DNA of 64,000 nucleotides from a virus. Location: the IMG/VR virus record IMGVR_UViG_3300042868_006787, positions 1-64,000 of that record; one strand, given 5' to 3'. The notes under the pieces were generated by a model that did not search any database, had not been told where the DNA came from, and worked only from the letters and a program-made list of their open reading frames with translations. The translations under genes were made by a program, and so were the position numbers. This document shows positions 39,927 through 50,780 of this stretch, in pieces (position 1 is the stretch's first letter; each line of letters opens with the position of its first letter).

Positions 39927-41072
39927 TTAAGAATCTGAAGCAGCGTCAGCGAACGCAATTGCATCCTGCTCTTCCCATTGAATACCAAAGCGAACAAATA
40001 CTGTATATTCTACAGTGTCTTTCTTTGCCTTGTACTCACGGTTAACAGTGATATCACGTTGGAAACCCCATACACGGTTTGCTGGGAATGTAAGATCTAC
40101 ATAGCCTGCAGGGTAGTAAGGAACTTCTTGAACCGCAACACCAAGAACACGAGTTGTACGTGCTCCACCGAATGTTTGGCCCATTCCATCTAGGTAGTCT
40201 TGACGATTTGCTTGAGTGCTTCCTGGTACTTGACCAGCAAAAGCCTCTGCAACAGCATCTGCAAGAGTACCATTATTCTTAACAATACCTTGGAAAGCAT
40301 CTGTACCAGCATAGAACTTTAGGTTCTGCTTGATAGCACGATACTTACGTGGCATTGCTAGGATGATATCTTGCATAACGCCTGTTGTCCAAGCATTATC
40401 TACTACGGTCACTTCTGACTCGTGAGCATCTCCATCTGTCTTGACCTTATTAACGAAACCATCCATAATTGAAAGGAATGATCCTGTTGATCCGTCACCA
40501 TTAATGGCTAGATCTTCAATGTCATTACCAAATGCGTTTGTCATAAGACGAACGATGTGGTCTTCTAGTTGTGCACCTTCGATGTTATCTTCTAGTGCTT
40601 CTGCTGCAACTTCCCAATCTAGACGAATCTTCTTGGTTGTAAGTTCTACCTTACTGAATGTTGCTCCTGCGTTAGTGTAGTCACCAACTGCTTGTGAAGC
40701 AGCACGGATTACACGCTCACCAACGTTAACTTTTTCAAGTTCCATGGTGTTAGCCTTCATTGTTACACGACGACCATCTTGAGCAAGTACTGTTGCGTCC
40801 CAAACATAGTCAATAAAACGACGTGCTTGTTCTGGACGAAGAATACCGCTTCCGACATCACCTGAAGGGTTTACTGCGTTTGCGCCTGTTGTTACGCCTG
40901 CTAGTGCGACTGGAATATTTCCAAGTTCTCCACCATCACCGTAATTTCCCGGTACGTTTGCTGCTGCGTCTGAACCTGATGCGAATGCACCCTGACCTTG
41001 GTAAAGGCCTGGAGTTGTTCCGCCCAGTTGTCCGCTTGTACCTGGCTGGTTTTTCTTAATTTCTTCCGACAT
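39927..41072 (-). CDS. Major capsid protein (HK97 fold)
   Basis: GILRPEQARRFID, ALEDNIEG, FGNDIEDLAINGD; AGGAGGTG RBS; follows the protease. Confidence 0.92.
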   Translation of the reverse strand: MSEEIKKNQPGTSGQLGGTTPGLYQGQGAFASGSDAAANVPGNYGDGGELGNIPVALAGVTTGANAVNPSGDVGSGILRPEQARRFIDYVWDATVLAQDGRRVTMKANTMELEKVNVGERVIRAASQAVGDYTNAGATFSKVELTTKKIRLDWEVAAEALEDNIEGAQLEDHIVRLMTNAFGNDIEDLAINGDGSTGSFLSIMDGFVNKVKTDGDAHESEVTVVDNAWTTGVMQDIILAMPRKYRAIKQNLKFYAGTDAFQGIVKNNGTLADAVAEAFAGQVPGSTQANRQDYLDGMGQTFGGARTTRVLGVAVQEVPYYPAGYVDLTFPANRVWGFQRDITVNREYKAKKDTVEYTVFVRFGIQWEEQDAIAFADAASDS

Positions 41073-41092
41073 TATTACACCTCCTAAGTGAT

Positions 41093-42427
41093 TTATCTAA
41101 ATAGATCGGCTGTTTTGAGGAAACGTCCGCCCCATAGGGATTTCTCAACCATTTCTGGTTGTTCCTGAACAATCTCACCGAGATCGCCAGATTTTCGGAA
41201 TGCTGTATCTGCTTCAACGGCATCTACACGCTTTCCAAATTCATTAAACTCATCTCTTGTTGCAGAAACATCTTGTGCTACTGCTCCAATTGATTTTGTA
41301 ATTGCATTAACCTGCTCTTGCAGAGACTTAACGGTTGCAACTAGATCGCCAAAGGCTGATGTGAGAGTATTGTTGATTTCTGTAACTGCTTCTGCAATTA
41401 CTACATCAGACTTAGATACTTCTTCAGTCTTAACTTCAGAAACTACCTCTTCAGACTTAGTAACTTCTGAAACTGTTGGCTCTTCTGCCTTAGTTACTTC
41501 TGCTACCACAGCCTGCTCGGTTGTTAAAATTGTTTCTGCTACAACATCTTCTGATTTTGTAACTTCAGCAACTTCAACTACGGCATCTTCTTGTGGAGCG
41601 ACCTGAACATCTTCAACAGTAGCAATAGATTTCTCAACAATTTCTGTTGCTTCTTTTTTTGTTGTTTTTGCCATAGGATTTTCCTCCTTGTCTATCTTAG
41701 AAATACTTGTGCCATTAGCACTTTCAACTAAGAACTTGATCATGCTTGTTTTCTCGTTGTCTGTTTTTTCAACGAAACCTATGTTTTGCATTTGAATACC
41801 AGAGGTAGGGCTTAATTCTGATTCATTTTCTGAAACCATAACAATTCCAGATTCTTTATCCCAAAAAACATTTTCAATTGGTGTATCCATACCTTTTACA
41901 ATATCTACACCATCTACTTTTTCTACAGAAACAATATTTGCAAATTGGTTTGCTGGACTATCAACTAGTGACAATTCTACTAAATCATAATCTTTAATAA
42001 CTCTAATTTGTTTTTGTACTTGATCGTCATATGCTTCGTCCCATTTATTCATTTTTCCACCTATTGAAAATCCTGTGTATGTTCCATCTAAAACTTTTTC
42101 CCATGCATTTTGTGCACCCTTTGAAATATATGCAGAAACTAAAACTCCGTTGTACATTTTTTCTGATTTTGTATCATAATATTTATCTTCTTTAAACGAA
42201 ACCATTTTTCCAACAGCAGATGGCTGATGCATTTCACGAATGTTTCCACGAAATTTTTTAAATGCTTTTAAACTTGCTTCTGTTGTAACAATGTCATCTT
42301 GTTTGTCAACGTTATCTAATGTGGCAAAGCCTGAAACTGTGCGTCTTTCTTTATCTACCTTACTAAAAGGCATTGAAAGTCGAAGTTGCTCGCCCTCAGT
42401 GTTCCATTGGGCCTTAGTTATAATCAT
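41093..42427 (-). CDS. Prohead protease fused to an acidic scaffold
   Basis: DKQDDIV, IREMHQ, YTGFSIGG, ELSLVDSPAN; Glu/Val-rich C-terminal half. Confidence 0.88.
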   Translation of the reverse strand: MIITKAQWNTEGEQLRLSMPFSKVDKERRTVSGFATLDNVDKQDDIVTTEASLKAFKKFRGNIREMHQPSAVGKMVSFKEDKYYDTKSEKMYNGVLVSAYISKGAQNAWEKVLDGTYTGFSIGGKMNKWDEAYDDQVQKQIRVIKDYDLVELSLVDSPANQFANIVSVEKVDGVDIVKGMDTPIENVFWDKESGIVMVSENESELSPTSGIQMQNIGFVEKTDNEKTSMIKFLVESANGTSISKIDKEENPMAKTTKKEATEIVEKSIATVEDVQVAPQEDAVVEVAEVTKSEDVVAETILTTEQAVVAEVTKAEEPTVSEVTKSEEVVSEVKTEEVSKSDVVIAEAVTEINNTLTSAFGDLVATVKSLQEQVNAITKSIGAVAQDVSATRDEFNEFGKRVDAVEADTAFRKSGDLGEIVQEQPEMVEKSLWGGRFLKTADLFR

Positions 42428-42468
42428 CTTACTGTATAGTATAAGGCACTTTTTTTACAATATCTCAA

Positions 42469-44058
42469 TTATTGAGACGCTCTGCCAGAACCCTTTGGAT
42501 TTCTACCAGAAACTGTTGCTGCCCCGTCAGATTGAGTATTTGTTCTTTCAGAATCTCTTTGTCGATTTGCAGTGTCATTTGCTGCGTCTTGTGGTTTTAA
42601 TTGAAATGGTTCATCTCCATGTGGCGCTTGAGGGAGTCCAAGTTGCTGTCTTGCTTCGTTTGGAAGCATAACTTGAGTCTTTACGTATCTTTCAAGAATT
42701 TGAGATTGAGCAATTTCATCTGTAAGTGTTAGTTCGTTAAATTTAAATTCTAAAATATCAGTTTTTTCACGAATAACTTTATTAATCATTTTTTCTATTT
42801 GGCGCTGTGCTGGTCTTGCAACTTGCTCTTTAAATGTACGATCTTGGGATAGGGCTGCTGCAATTGCAGAAGAATCAGATCCCCCTAATTTTGATAATGG
42901 AACTTGATGAGCAATCAAAATATCATCACGATTTTGTTTTCTGTATTCTTTAAAAGAACCATCTTGAATACCATTTTCAATTGGCTCCATTTTAAACTCA
43001 ACCTTATTGTTATCGCTATCTCCGGGAAGAGGAATATAAAGAGTTCTATGAGATTGTCCTTTTAAATTTGTCTGCAAAAATCTAAACATCTTATCTTCAG
43101 CATCTGAAGAAAGTTTTGCTCCTTTTAATGTAACAACATATCTTGGAACAGCCTTGTTAGAAAAATAATCTATATTGTATTGAGATGCCAACTGATCTCC
43201 ATGTAATGAAGAAATGGCAGAAATAATATCTGGCACTCCATAAAATGTGTTTAATGGAGAGTATTGTTTTAAATGAATAATTTCATTTGGACGATTGTCT
43301 AGTGTGACTGGATTAGGATTTTTAGCCCCAAAATTTCTAAAATAAACTACCTTGTTTGCAATAATTTGAACAAAACCATCACGCATGCGACGCACACGCA
43401 TTGTTGTTGCAGGAATATGTCCAACATACCCAATTTCTCCTCTTGTAGTTCTTCCAATTTCTAGGTAACCATTTCCTGTTGCTTGCACGTCTGTATAAAC
43501 TTTTTCCATAGTTGTTGTAAATGAATCATCTGTATTTAAACTTTCTAGCCAGTCTGTAAGTTCAATTTTTGATCTTTCAATTCTTTTACGAGCACGGTCG
43601 GTTGATGCAGTATCCATAGATGCTTCTAGTTTTAACATTGTTCTGGGAGAAATTTCAAATTTGTAACCAAGTCCAACAATATTCTCTACTTTTGCATCGA
43701 TTGCTGCATGGTTAGCAAAAGATGTATCGTAATAATTTGCCAATTCATAAACGTTCCATGGTGGGGTAATAACATCAAATAAACCATAAGCATTTCTATA
43801 CAAAACTCCTGGATTAATTTCTTTAGATTTTGCGTCATCACGTCCTGAACTAATTGCAAGAGCACTATTCATGTATGCTGGACTTGCTTCTACTTTGGAC
43901 ATTCTTGCAGCACGTCTTTTAAAATTATTATCTAAACCAGTTAAATTTTTTAATTCATCCCAAGTTTTATTAAAAGGATCGCTTTTTTTAAATTGATCAT
44001 TTATATCAACTAACTCATCAATGCTTGCACCAATATTGTATTGCGTTTCTTCACTCAT
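42469..44058 (-). CDS. Portal protein (start likely 44058)
   Basis: TGNGYLEIGR, NEIIHLK..SP...YGVPD, YFSNKAVP, PNEARQQLGL. Confidence 0.92.
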   Translation of the reverse strand: MSEETQYNIGASIDELVDINDQFKKSDPFNKTWDELKNLTGLDNNFKRRAARMSKVEASPAYMNSALAISSGRDDAKSKEINPGVLYRNAYGLFDVITPPWNVYELANYYDTSFANHAAIDAKVENIVGLGYKFEISPRTMLKLEASMDTASTDRARKRIERSKIELTDWLESLNTDDSFTTTMEKVYTDVQATGNGYLEIGRTTRGEIGYVGHIPATTMRVRRMRDGFVQIIANKVVYFRNFGAKNPNPVTLDNRPNEIIHLKQYSPLNTFYGVPDIISAISSLHGDQLASQYNIDYFSNKAVPRYVVTLKGAKLSSDAEDKMFRFLQTNLKGQSHRTLYIPLPGDSDNNKVEFKMEPIENGIQDGSFKEYRKQNRDDILIAHQVPLSKLGGSDSSAIAAALSQDRTFKEQVARPAQRQIEKMINKVIREKTDILEFKFNELTLTDEIAQSQILERYVKTQVMLPNEARQQLGLPQAPHGDEPFQLKPQDAANDTANRQRDSERTNTQSDGAATVSGRNPKGSGRASQ

Positions 44059-44462
44059 TAGTCGTCTGATCCCCATTTCTTTACTGTTTGCTGCGCTGCG
44101 TGCACTGCTCCTAAATCGTTCATATTTGGTATTAGCCCTTGAGACATTCTGTCTTTTTGTTCTGAATATTCTTCTTCTGAAATTCTATTTAAACCTGGAA
44201 CAAAAATGCACTCACCGTCTCCTGGGTCTCCATAGTGTTTTGCGGCATTTTTTAATTCTGATATTTTTGATATGTCCCCTTTCATAGCGGGAATATTTAA
44301 AACAGATCCAGTTCCATCGGTAAACCATTTTCCATTTGATTTCTTATAAACATAAAGGCCCCAATCATAGTATTTATCAATTACTTTTATACGAGACTCT
44401 CCAACTTGGCCCTTCATTTTAGGCAAGGCTTTACTCTTTTTAGGCTTATTATTTAAATTCAT
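44058..44462 (-). CDS. Hypothetical protein upstream of portal (leaderless start likely 44462)
   Basis: TGGTATACT (44470-44478) 7 nt before the ATG; TAATG coupling to portal. Confidence 0.7.
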   Translation of the reverse strand: MNLNNKPKKSKALPKMKGQVGESRIKVIDKYYDWGLYVYKKSNGKWFTDGTGSVLNIPAMKGDISKISELKNAAKHYGDPGDGECIFVPGLNRISEEEYSEQKDRMSQGLIPNMNDLGAVHAAQQTVKKWGSDD

Positions 44463-44480
44463 AACCATCAGTATACCATA

Positions 44481-47400
44481 TTAGACTGGTGTTACGGTTT
44501 GTGTTTGCCAAGACATTTCAGAATATATTTTAACAGAATCTGCAATAAAATTCAAACTTTCAGAAGTATTGCTATCGATGACAAATTTATTTCTGCCAAT
44601 ATATGCTTCATATACGCTTGCTGGGTTTACTCCATATAATTCTGAAGAGGACAAAACCAACACCCCGTCCCAATTATAAGATGTATACCAATATGTCCAA
44701 TATAAGTCTGAGGACCCACTATTTTTTACTCTAAGCCACGGCCTGTAGACTTTGCTCTGAATCTCTTGCAAAGCAGTAGATTGATAACTGGCAATGTTAT
44801 TAAATACAAAGGGCCCATTTAAATTTATATGCCCCAAAAAGTTATCCATATTAATGCTACTTGCAAAAGAAACACCAATAACAGACCACTCTTTTGCTTC
44901 TAAAATTGGATCTTTTACTAAGTTTCCATTAATATAAAATGCAAGCCCATTTACTTGTTGCCCAGTTGCCTTATTGACTGCAAACAATTTTCCTCTATTT
45001 CCCCTTTGACTGGAGGCAGAAACAAAAAATTGAATTATGTCATTTTTATGTTCTAACTCAAAAACTTGCGTTGCACCATAAGGAAACTTATCAAAATCAT
45101 ATCTTAGCCACATTTGTAAGGCAGTTACTCGATAATTATTTGAAAGGCTGCTATTTATTGGAATTCCAATACCTCTATTTACGTATGGGTGAAACGATCC
45201 TCTTACCTCTATTCCACTTTTTCTTGTTGAGTATAAGTACGGAACACTTTCTTTAAAAATACTAATTGGGTTTTTTGCTTTATAGTCATAATAAATTCCA
45301 GATTTTTTGTATGGGTATATTGGAGTTCCAAACCTTGTTCCAATTTTAGTTGCACTGTTATGGTCAAATGCTTGTGATGCAATTTCTAATTTTTTTAAAC
45401 CTAGATTTTTGTTTTGAGTTCCTTTTAAATTAAAAACTAAATGAACAACAACCGCTAATAAATTAAAATCTACACCTGTTGGCGGATAAATAATTGTGTT
45501 ATCTGCAACCTCAAAAACTGTATTTTGCCAATTTGAATAATTAGATATATCTAATATTTTATCATTTCTTAATGCTTGGACAATAGAAAACTCATTTAAG
45601 TTCTTATTAGCCCCTGCCGTAATATATTGAATACTTATATAACTTTTGACTGCAGAGTTGTCTGTATTATAAAAATATGATTTAATAGACTGTTGCTCAA
45701 TGTCCTCATAGTTTTCCCAGCCAGAAAAAAGAGCATTATCTAATTGGTTGTAAGATTGTTGAACAGTATGATCATATCTGAGTTCTAAATCATTATAATC
45801 CCATGGCGCTTGTTGCTCTGTAGAATAAATAACTGTAGGGGATGGATAATCAATATTGAACTGTAACAAATCAAGATCGTAATGGTTTTTTCCTTCTAGG
45901 TCATCAATATAAGAACCAAAATATGATAAAGGTATGTAGTCTTCCCAATACCCAGCAGATGCTGTGTCTAAATAAAATTTGTTGTATCTTAATTCAGGAA
46001 TTAAAGTATACGTAGATGTGTGGGCCATAAAACTATTTCCGGCTTCTACATCTGCTAAGCCGTTTATTTCAAATAGGCTAGAAACCAAACTTGAGTTATA
46101 ATTGCTAAAAATATGAAATTTATAAAATTTGCCTTTAAAATTTTCAAGACCACTATGATTTGCCCCCAAATAAACTCTTAACCTATTTTTACTTCCAAAA
46201 AATGTTGATAGGTTAGAGCCAAAATATTCAATCATTTTTGCTAACTTAAAACCTATTGGTAAATATGCATTTGGCAATACCGAAGCACTTTCATTTAGCA
46301 CTATAACGTTATTGTTATATGAAAAATAATATTTTATTACGTCATCTTCGAGTGTTGCTTTAAAATAATTTCCATTGTCAATATTGTAGATTTCAAAAAT
46401 TGTTTGTATATCTTCCGATGCCTCTTCAAACTTTATGACTCCGACAAGGCCATGAATGTCTTCTTTTATGATAGAAAAATTATCAAAATATGCATATGTT
46501 TTTTTATTATTCCAGTCTTCATTTGGCCTAAATGTAAAATAATTAACGGACTCGTTTTGAACTAAAGAGTTGTCATTTAAAAATTTTTCATTTGTATAAT
46601 CATCTAAAAACATTGTTGGCAGATTGTATTTTGCAAGAGACATAGTTTTTGCTGTAATAGAAAGATTGTCGGTTGTTGCCTGTGACCACTTTCCTATATC
46701 TGGATATGTATAGTTTGCCGCATATTCTGCAAACGGATAATCAATATATGCTGACGTTGCTCCATATGCCGAATTGATACTTTCGGGAGAGGTTACTGCT
46801 TGACCATAAACCCATCTTTTTTTTGCCACAAGGTCTGCAACTAGGTACGAATAAATAGCAATACAATCTATCTCATAGGGATAAACATTTTCATAAGAAT
46901 AAAAGCCTAGCCAGTCTAATTCTTTGTTAGACTCATTAAACTCTAATGGCAAATCTATATTTGACATATCAATATTTAAAGCAATAACTTGTTCTCCATT
47001 TATTAATAATGAAGCATTATTTGAAGAAAGTTTTATTTGAACAAGCATTGGCCTGTACCATTCTCCAACATAGTGAGATGCAAAATGTTTTCCAATGACA
47101 AGAGTTATAAAGCCATCTTCTACATATAAGCCATCTGTTGACCCAATTGGTCCAAAAATTCTTAATGCGGTATTTGAGTCAGGGCTAATTTTTATCCACA
47201 TCTCTATTGTGTATTCTTTATATCTTCCAGTTTCATTTAGAAAGCCAAAACCTGGAATAATTAGTGATGGATTATTTTCATTTGGAATAATTTTTGTAAT
47301 ACTGTCAGATCCATAGACCATCGGAATGCTTGAGTTTTTTGCAGTTAAACTATTATTATTTACTAAATAATATCCATTTTTTATACCTAAAGCATAAGAA

Positions 47401-48071
47401 TTTAAGTCTACAACGCCATCTATCCCAGTTAATCCAATGTTGGATGGAAATGGAGAAACTGTCTGTCCTAAAGAAGTTGTATTAAAATTTTCAGAACATT
47501 GTGCAACAGTTATTCCATTAGTAAAAATTTGATAACTATCTGTAGAAGCAGCCCCTCCCTCAAATTTTATTTTTAATATTGGTCTAAAGGATGTAACTTG
47601 ATCTGGAAATATTGAGGTGTGAGAAATAAAAATCCATTTTCCAAAAATACCAGAAGAGTACTGAGTAACCTTTTCAATAGTTTCAGCAGAAGAAGTATCA
47701 TTATATTCAAACCCAATTGATACTGATTTCAAGTATGGGCTATCTGTATAGATATAACATCCTGTAGTTAGAGTTTCTAAATCAAAGTTTAGTTCATTTA
47801 AGTTTTCTAAATCATCCCCGACAAATTTAATTTCTTTTTCTGTGCCAACAAAATCGTCAAATTCAACTAAGTTCAGTATGCTGTTTGCAAAAGGCTTGTT
47901 TAAATCTTGGCTACTAGATATGACATTCGCACCAACAAAGTCCCAGTTTATTAAATTTCTTTGTGTATTGGAAATTAAAGATAGATAATCGACGTCATCG
48001 TCTAATGACCAAAGACCTATGGGGTGCTCTGCAAAAATTTTTTCTGCATATAAATTAGATTTAATAGACAT
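44481..48071 (-). CDS. Large virion protein with LamG/concanavalin-A-like domains
   Basis: PIGLWSLDD, YTIEMWIK, LLINGEQV, FYINGNLV, FKGKFYKFHIF. Confidence 0.6.
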   Translation of the reverse strand: MSIKSNLYAEKIFAEHPIGLWSLDDDVDYLSLISNTQRNLINWDFVGANVISSSQDLNKPFANSILNLVEFDDFVGTEKEIKFVGDDLENLNELNFDLETLTTGCYIYTDSPYLKSVSIGFEYNDTSSAETIEKVTQYSSGIFGKWIFISHTSIFPDQVTSFRPILKIKFEGGAASTDSYQIFTNGITVAQCSENFNTTSLGQTVSPFPSNIGLTGIDGVVDLNSYALGIKNGYYLVNNNSLTAKNSSIPMVYGSDSITKIIPNENNPSLIIPGFGFLNETGRYKEYTIEMWIKISPDSNTALRIFGPIGSTDGLYVEDGFITLVIGKHFASHYVGEWYRPMLVQIKLSSNNASLLINGEQVIALNIDMSNIDLPLEFNESNKELDWLGFYSYENVYPYEIDCIAIYSYLVADLVAKKRWVYGQAVTSPESINSAYGATSAYIDYPFAEYAANYTYPDIGKWSQATTDNLSITAKTMSLAKYNLPTMFLDDYTNEKFLNDNSLVQNESVNYFTFRPNEDWNNKKTYAYFDNFSIIKEDIHGLVGVIKFEEASEDIQTIFEIYNIDNGNYFKATLEDDVIKYYFSYNNNVIVLNESASVLPNAYLPIGFKLAKMIEYFGSNLSTFFGSKNRLRVYLGANHSGLENFKGKFYKFHIFSNYNSSLVSSLFEINGLADVEAGNSFMAHTSTYTLIPELRYNKFYLDTASAGYWEDYIPLSYFGSYIDDLEGKNHYDLDLLQFNIDYPSPTVIYSTEQQAPWDYNDLELRYDHTVQQSYNQLDNALFSGWENYEDIEQQSIKSYFYNTDNSAVKSYISIQYITAGANKNLNEFSIVQALRNDKILDISNYSNWQNTVFEVADNTIIYPPTGVDFNLLAVVVHLVFNLKGTQNKNLGLKKLEIASQAFDHNSATKIGTRFGTPIYPYKKSGIYYDYKAKNPISIFKESVPYLYSTRKSGIEVRGSFHPYVNRGIGIPINSSLSNNYRVTALQMWLRYDFDKFPYGATQVFELEHKNDIIQFFVSASSQRGNRGKLFAVNKATGQQVNGLAFYINGNLVKDPILEAKEWSVIGVSFASSINMDNFLGHINLNGPFVFNNIASYQSTALQEIQSKVYRPWLRVKNSGSSDLYWTYWYTSYNWDGVLVLSSSELYGVNPASVYEAYIGRNKFVIDSNTSESLNFIADSVKIYSEMSWQTQTVTPV

Positions 48072-48091
48072 TGTTAGTCTATTTTATCATA

Positions 48092-48691
48092 TTAACGGTT
48101 TTCCCAAAGAGGATTTCCCCAATAGATGTCCTCATACTTTAAACCTGGATAGGGAGACTGTCCAGTTGGAGCATTCCAAAAATCAGATATAAACATTGGT
48201 TTTTTTTCAACAGTAGTAATCTCTCTTGAAAATTCCTCAGTTTCTGGGAAAATTATACAATCTCCAGCAATCAAATTTTTTGCAATTTTATAGTTATTAA
48301 ATTTAAAGATTCCTCCATCATGGCAATCATTCCACTTTATAATTGACCTAAACACATTTTCAGGCCTATCTGCTGAATGACCTGCTGAAATATTTTTTCC
48401 TGGGGCATATCTCATAATATAACTCTTTCCTAAAATAGGTGGGTCATATTTAATTCCAGACATTTGAGAAACGGCTTCCTGTATTGCATTACAATATTTT
48501 TCAAAGATAGAAACAACCTCTCTTGGCATATCTCCATAAGTGGTTATGTCAAAGTTTATTCCTTCTTGGCTAAATAGAGGGTCATGTAATGGGATATGAT
48601 CTTCTTTAGTATTAAATTTAACTGAATCAACAAATTTGCCAATTAGTTCTAAGTTTTCTGCTGTTGCTACATTTATTATTTGATAATTCAT
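48092..48691 (-). CDS. 2OG-Fe(II) oxygenase-fold protein, degenerate
   Basis: WND..DGG.F.F and AGDCIIFP, but GHSAD instead of HxD and REITTV instead of HEVxxV. Confidence 0.55.
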   Translation of the reverse strand: MNYQIINVATAENLELIGKFVDSVKFNTKEDHIPLHDPLFSQEGINFDITTYGDMPREVVSIFEKYCNAIQEAVSQMSGIKYDPPILGKSYIMRYAPGKNISAGHSADRPENVFRSIIKWNDCHDGGIFKFNNYKIAKNLIAGDCIIFPETEEFSREITTVEKKPMFISDFWNAPTGQSPYPGLKYEDIYWGNPLWENR

Positions 48692-48700
48692 TTTATCTCC

Positions 48701-50731
48701 TTAGTAAAACTTAATTTCGCAGGCATCTGTACTACAATAAGCCTCGCCCTGTGCTTCTAAATTTTTTACGCCATCGTAAATAGCAGACCAATCAATCTTT
48801 CCAATTTTTCCAACATAAGAATTATATTCTTCTTTGGTTATTTGAGTATAAGGTTGCTGTGGATATGTTTTATTTCCCATGGGCAAGAATGATACTGCTT
48901 TTAATTGCCCCTCGTACATGTGTAAGGCGGGAGCAATAAACTTAGACTCTGTTTCTTTATCAAATGAAAGTGTTACAGATACCCCATTGTCTGACCAATA
49001 TTTTTGAGCAGTTGCTGCTAGACCAATTTTTTCAAAAAGACTTACATCTTTTTCAGATCTTGGGTGCCCAGATGCTACTGGGAAATATACTACTGAAGTG
49101 TTTGCTGATACTACATCATCTTCAATTTTATATCCTGCTGCTTTAAATAAATGCATCATTGGATCTGTATTGCCAAACCTTATAGCACGAAGATAAAATT
49201 CTCCTCCTGGACCCCAATGAACTCCTGGAGTAGCACCAGAAAGCAATGAAACAGAGCCAGAAGGTTTGACGGTAGTTACACGAATTGACTCTCTAACGCA
49301 TAGCCATTCCGAATAACTATGGTCATATGAGCGAATCTTTCGATACCCTTCATCCATCCATTGTCGTACCGTTGGCATACCTTTAGTGTCTGCAAAAGAT
49401 GCAATTCCAGTTAAAGATGTTCCAATACGACGATTACGTTGCATAATTCCATTTGTGGTTTGCCAGTGTGTTGGCATGAGTGTTACAGTTTTGCCATATA
49501 GATATGCAAACTTCAATGTGCGTAAAAAATCTTCTTTGTCTTCATGTCTATTAAGATGAACTTCTACTAATGTGCAAAGTTCGTAAGACTCTAGTGGTTG
49601 TTCAGCGCAAGGATTAAATCCCATGATACGAGAATCTTTTCCATCTGCAGGATCTGCAAGGCGTCCATAGTTACGAGCAACATCTAGCCAAATAAAACCT
49701 GGCTCTCCGTTATCTACAATTAGGTCAACATAGTCTTCATATTTTGTTCCAACTTCTGCTGAAATAGAATTATTAGACATCCAGGCCCATCCTGGATTTT
49801 CTGAATCAAAAGAATTTCTATCTGGAAAAACCTCTGCATTTTTTAAATTAATAAAATCTTTATCTTCTGGTAACCCTAAAGCCAATGTAGCAGAACGACG
49901 AACATTTCCAGAAACAACACATGTGCCAATAAGGTTTACAATATCTACTATTGCACGAGAATCAAGTGTTTCTCCTGCTCTACCACCAATTACTTTATCT
50001 ATCTTATTGTGTAATGCAATAAGTGGTCCTGGGCCGCTGGCAACCCCTCCAAAGCCTTTTATAGGGGCTCCTAGAGGACGGATAAGGTCATAGTTAAACT
50101 TTTGTATAGCCTGATTAGGGCGCAGGTATGAATTTAAAAGCATTCTTACAGAATCTACCCAGCCTTCACGAGTATCTGGAATATCCCAGATATTTTCTGG
50201 TTCTGTTGGAGAGTAAATAGACATTTCTTTATCTTGTCCAAGAGTATCGAACCCTACTCCTATGCCTAACATTAATGCATCCATAACCCAAGCGAACAAT
50301 GCTCCTGGATCGTTTCTGTCAATATCACGGGTAGAGACCATTGCACAATTTTGAAGAGATGCAGAGTTACGGCTTTCCATAGTCATTGGAGTTCCAAAAG
50401 CCCAAAGACCACGACCAGGTGGTGTCCATTTTAATGTAAATAAACGGTCGTATGCTTCTTGAGCAGATTTTTGAGCCTTATAATCATTCCACGGGAGTCT
50501 ATTTTCTTTAGCATGATTTTTTTGTACTGAATACATTCCTTCAACTACACGTTTGCAAACTTCATGCCATCTTTCTTTAGTCCCATCTTCTTTCATCCTA
50601 GAATAAGTACGAATAAAAGTGATTTCTCCTAAAGAGTTAGTAGCAGCATCTTTAAATCCAAAAGGAGGTTCTGTTTGTTTATAACTCTCTAGGAATTCTG
50701 GCGATAATTTAAAAGAAAAAAAGTCTAACAT
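48701..50731 (-). CDS. nrdJ: Class II (adenosylcobalamin-dependent) ribonucleotide reductase
   Basis: PPGRGLW, NCAM, FNPCAEQ, RRIGTS, TTVKPSGSVS, C-terminal CSTDAC. Confidence 0.93.
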   Translation of the reverse strand: MLDFFSFKLSPEFLESYKQTEPPFGFKDAATNSLGEITFIRTYSRMKEDGTKERWHEVCKRVVEGMYSVQKNHAKENRLPWNDYKAQKSAQEAYDRLFTLKWTPPGRGLWAFGTPMTMESRNSASLQNCAMVSTRDIDRNDPGALFAWVMDALMLGIGVGFDTLGQDKEMSIYSPTEPENIWDIPDTREGWVDSVRMLLNSYLRPNQAIQKFNYDLIRPLGAPIKGFGGVASGPGPLIALHNKIDKVIGGRAGETLDSRAIVDIVNLIGTCVVSGNVRRSATLALGLPEDKDFINLKNAEVFPDRNSFDSENPGWAWMSNNSISAEVGTKYEDYVDLIVDNGEPGFIWLDVARNYGRLADPADGKDSRIMGFNPCAEQPLESYELCTLVEVHLNRHEDKEDFLRTLKFAYLYGKTVTLMPTHWQTTNGIMQRNRRIGTSLTGIASFADTKGMPTVRQWMDEGYRKIRSYDHSYSEWLCVRESIRVTTVKPSGSVSLLSGATPGVHWGPGGEFYLRAIRFGNTDPMMHLFKAAGYKIEDDVVSANTSVVYFPVASGHPRSEKDVSLFEKIGLAATAQKYWSDNGVSVTLSFDKETESKFIAPALHMYEGQLKAVSFLPMGNKTYPQQPYTQITKEEYNSYVGKIGKIDWSAIYDGVKNLEAQGEAYCSTDACEIKFY

Positions 50732-50780
50732 AGGCGTAAATCCTCCGAATTTATTTGAATAATTAGTAGTGTAAGTATAG

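Noticed and set aside
2757-50731. Selfish inteins or introns in terL, recA, dnaE, dnaB or nrdJ
   Set aside because: All have normal lengths, with no C...HN[CST] inserts or homing endonuclease motifs; the Hint domains occur only at protein C-termini
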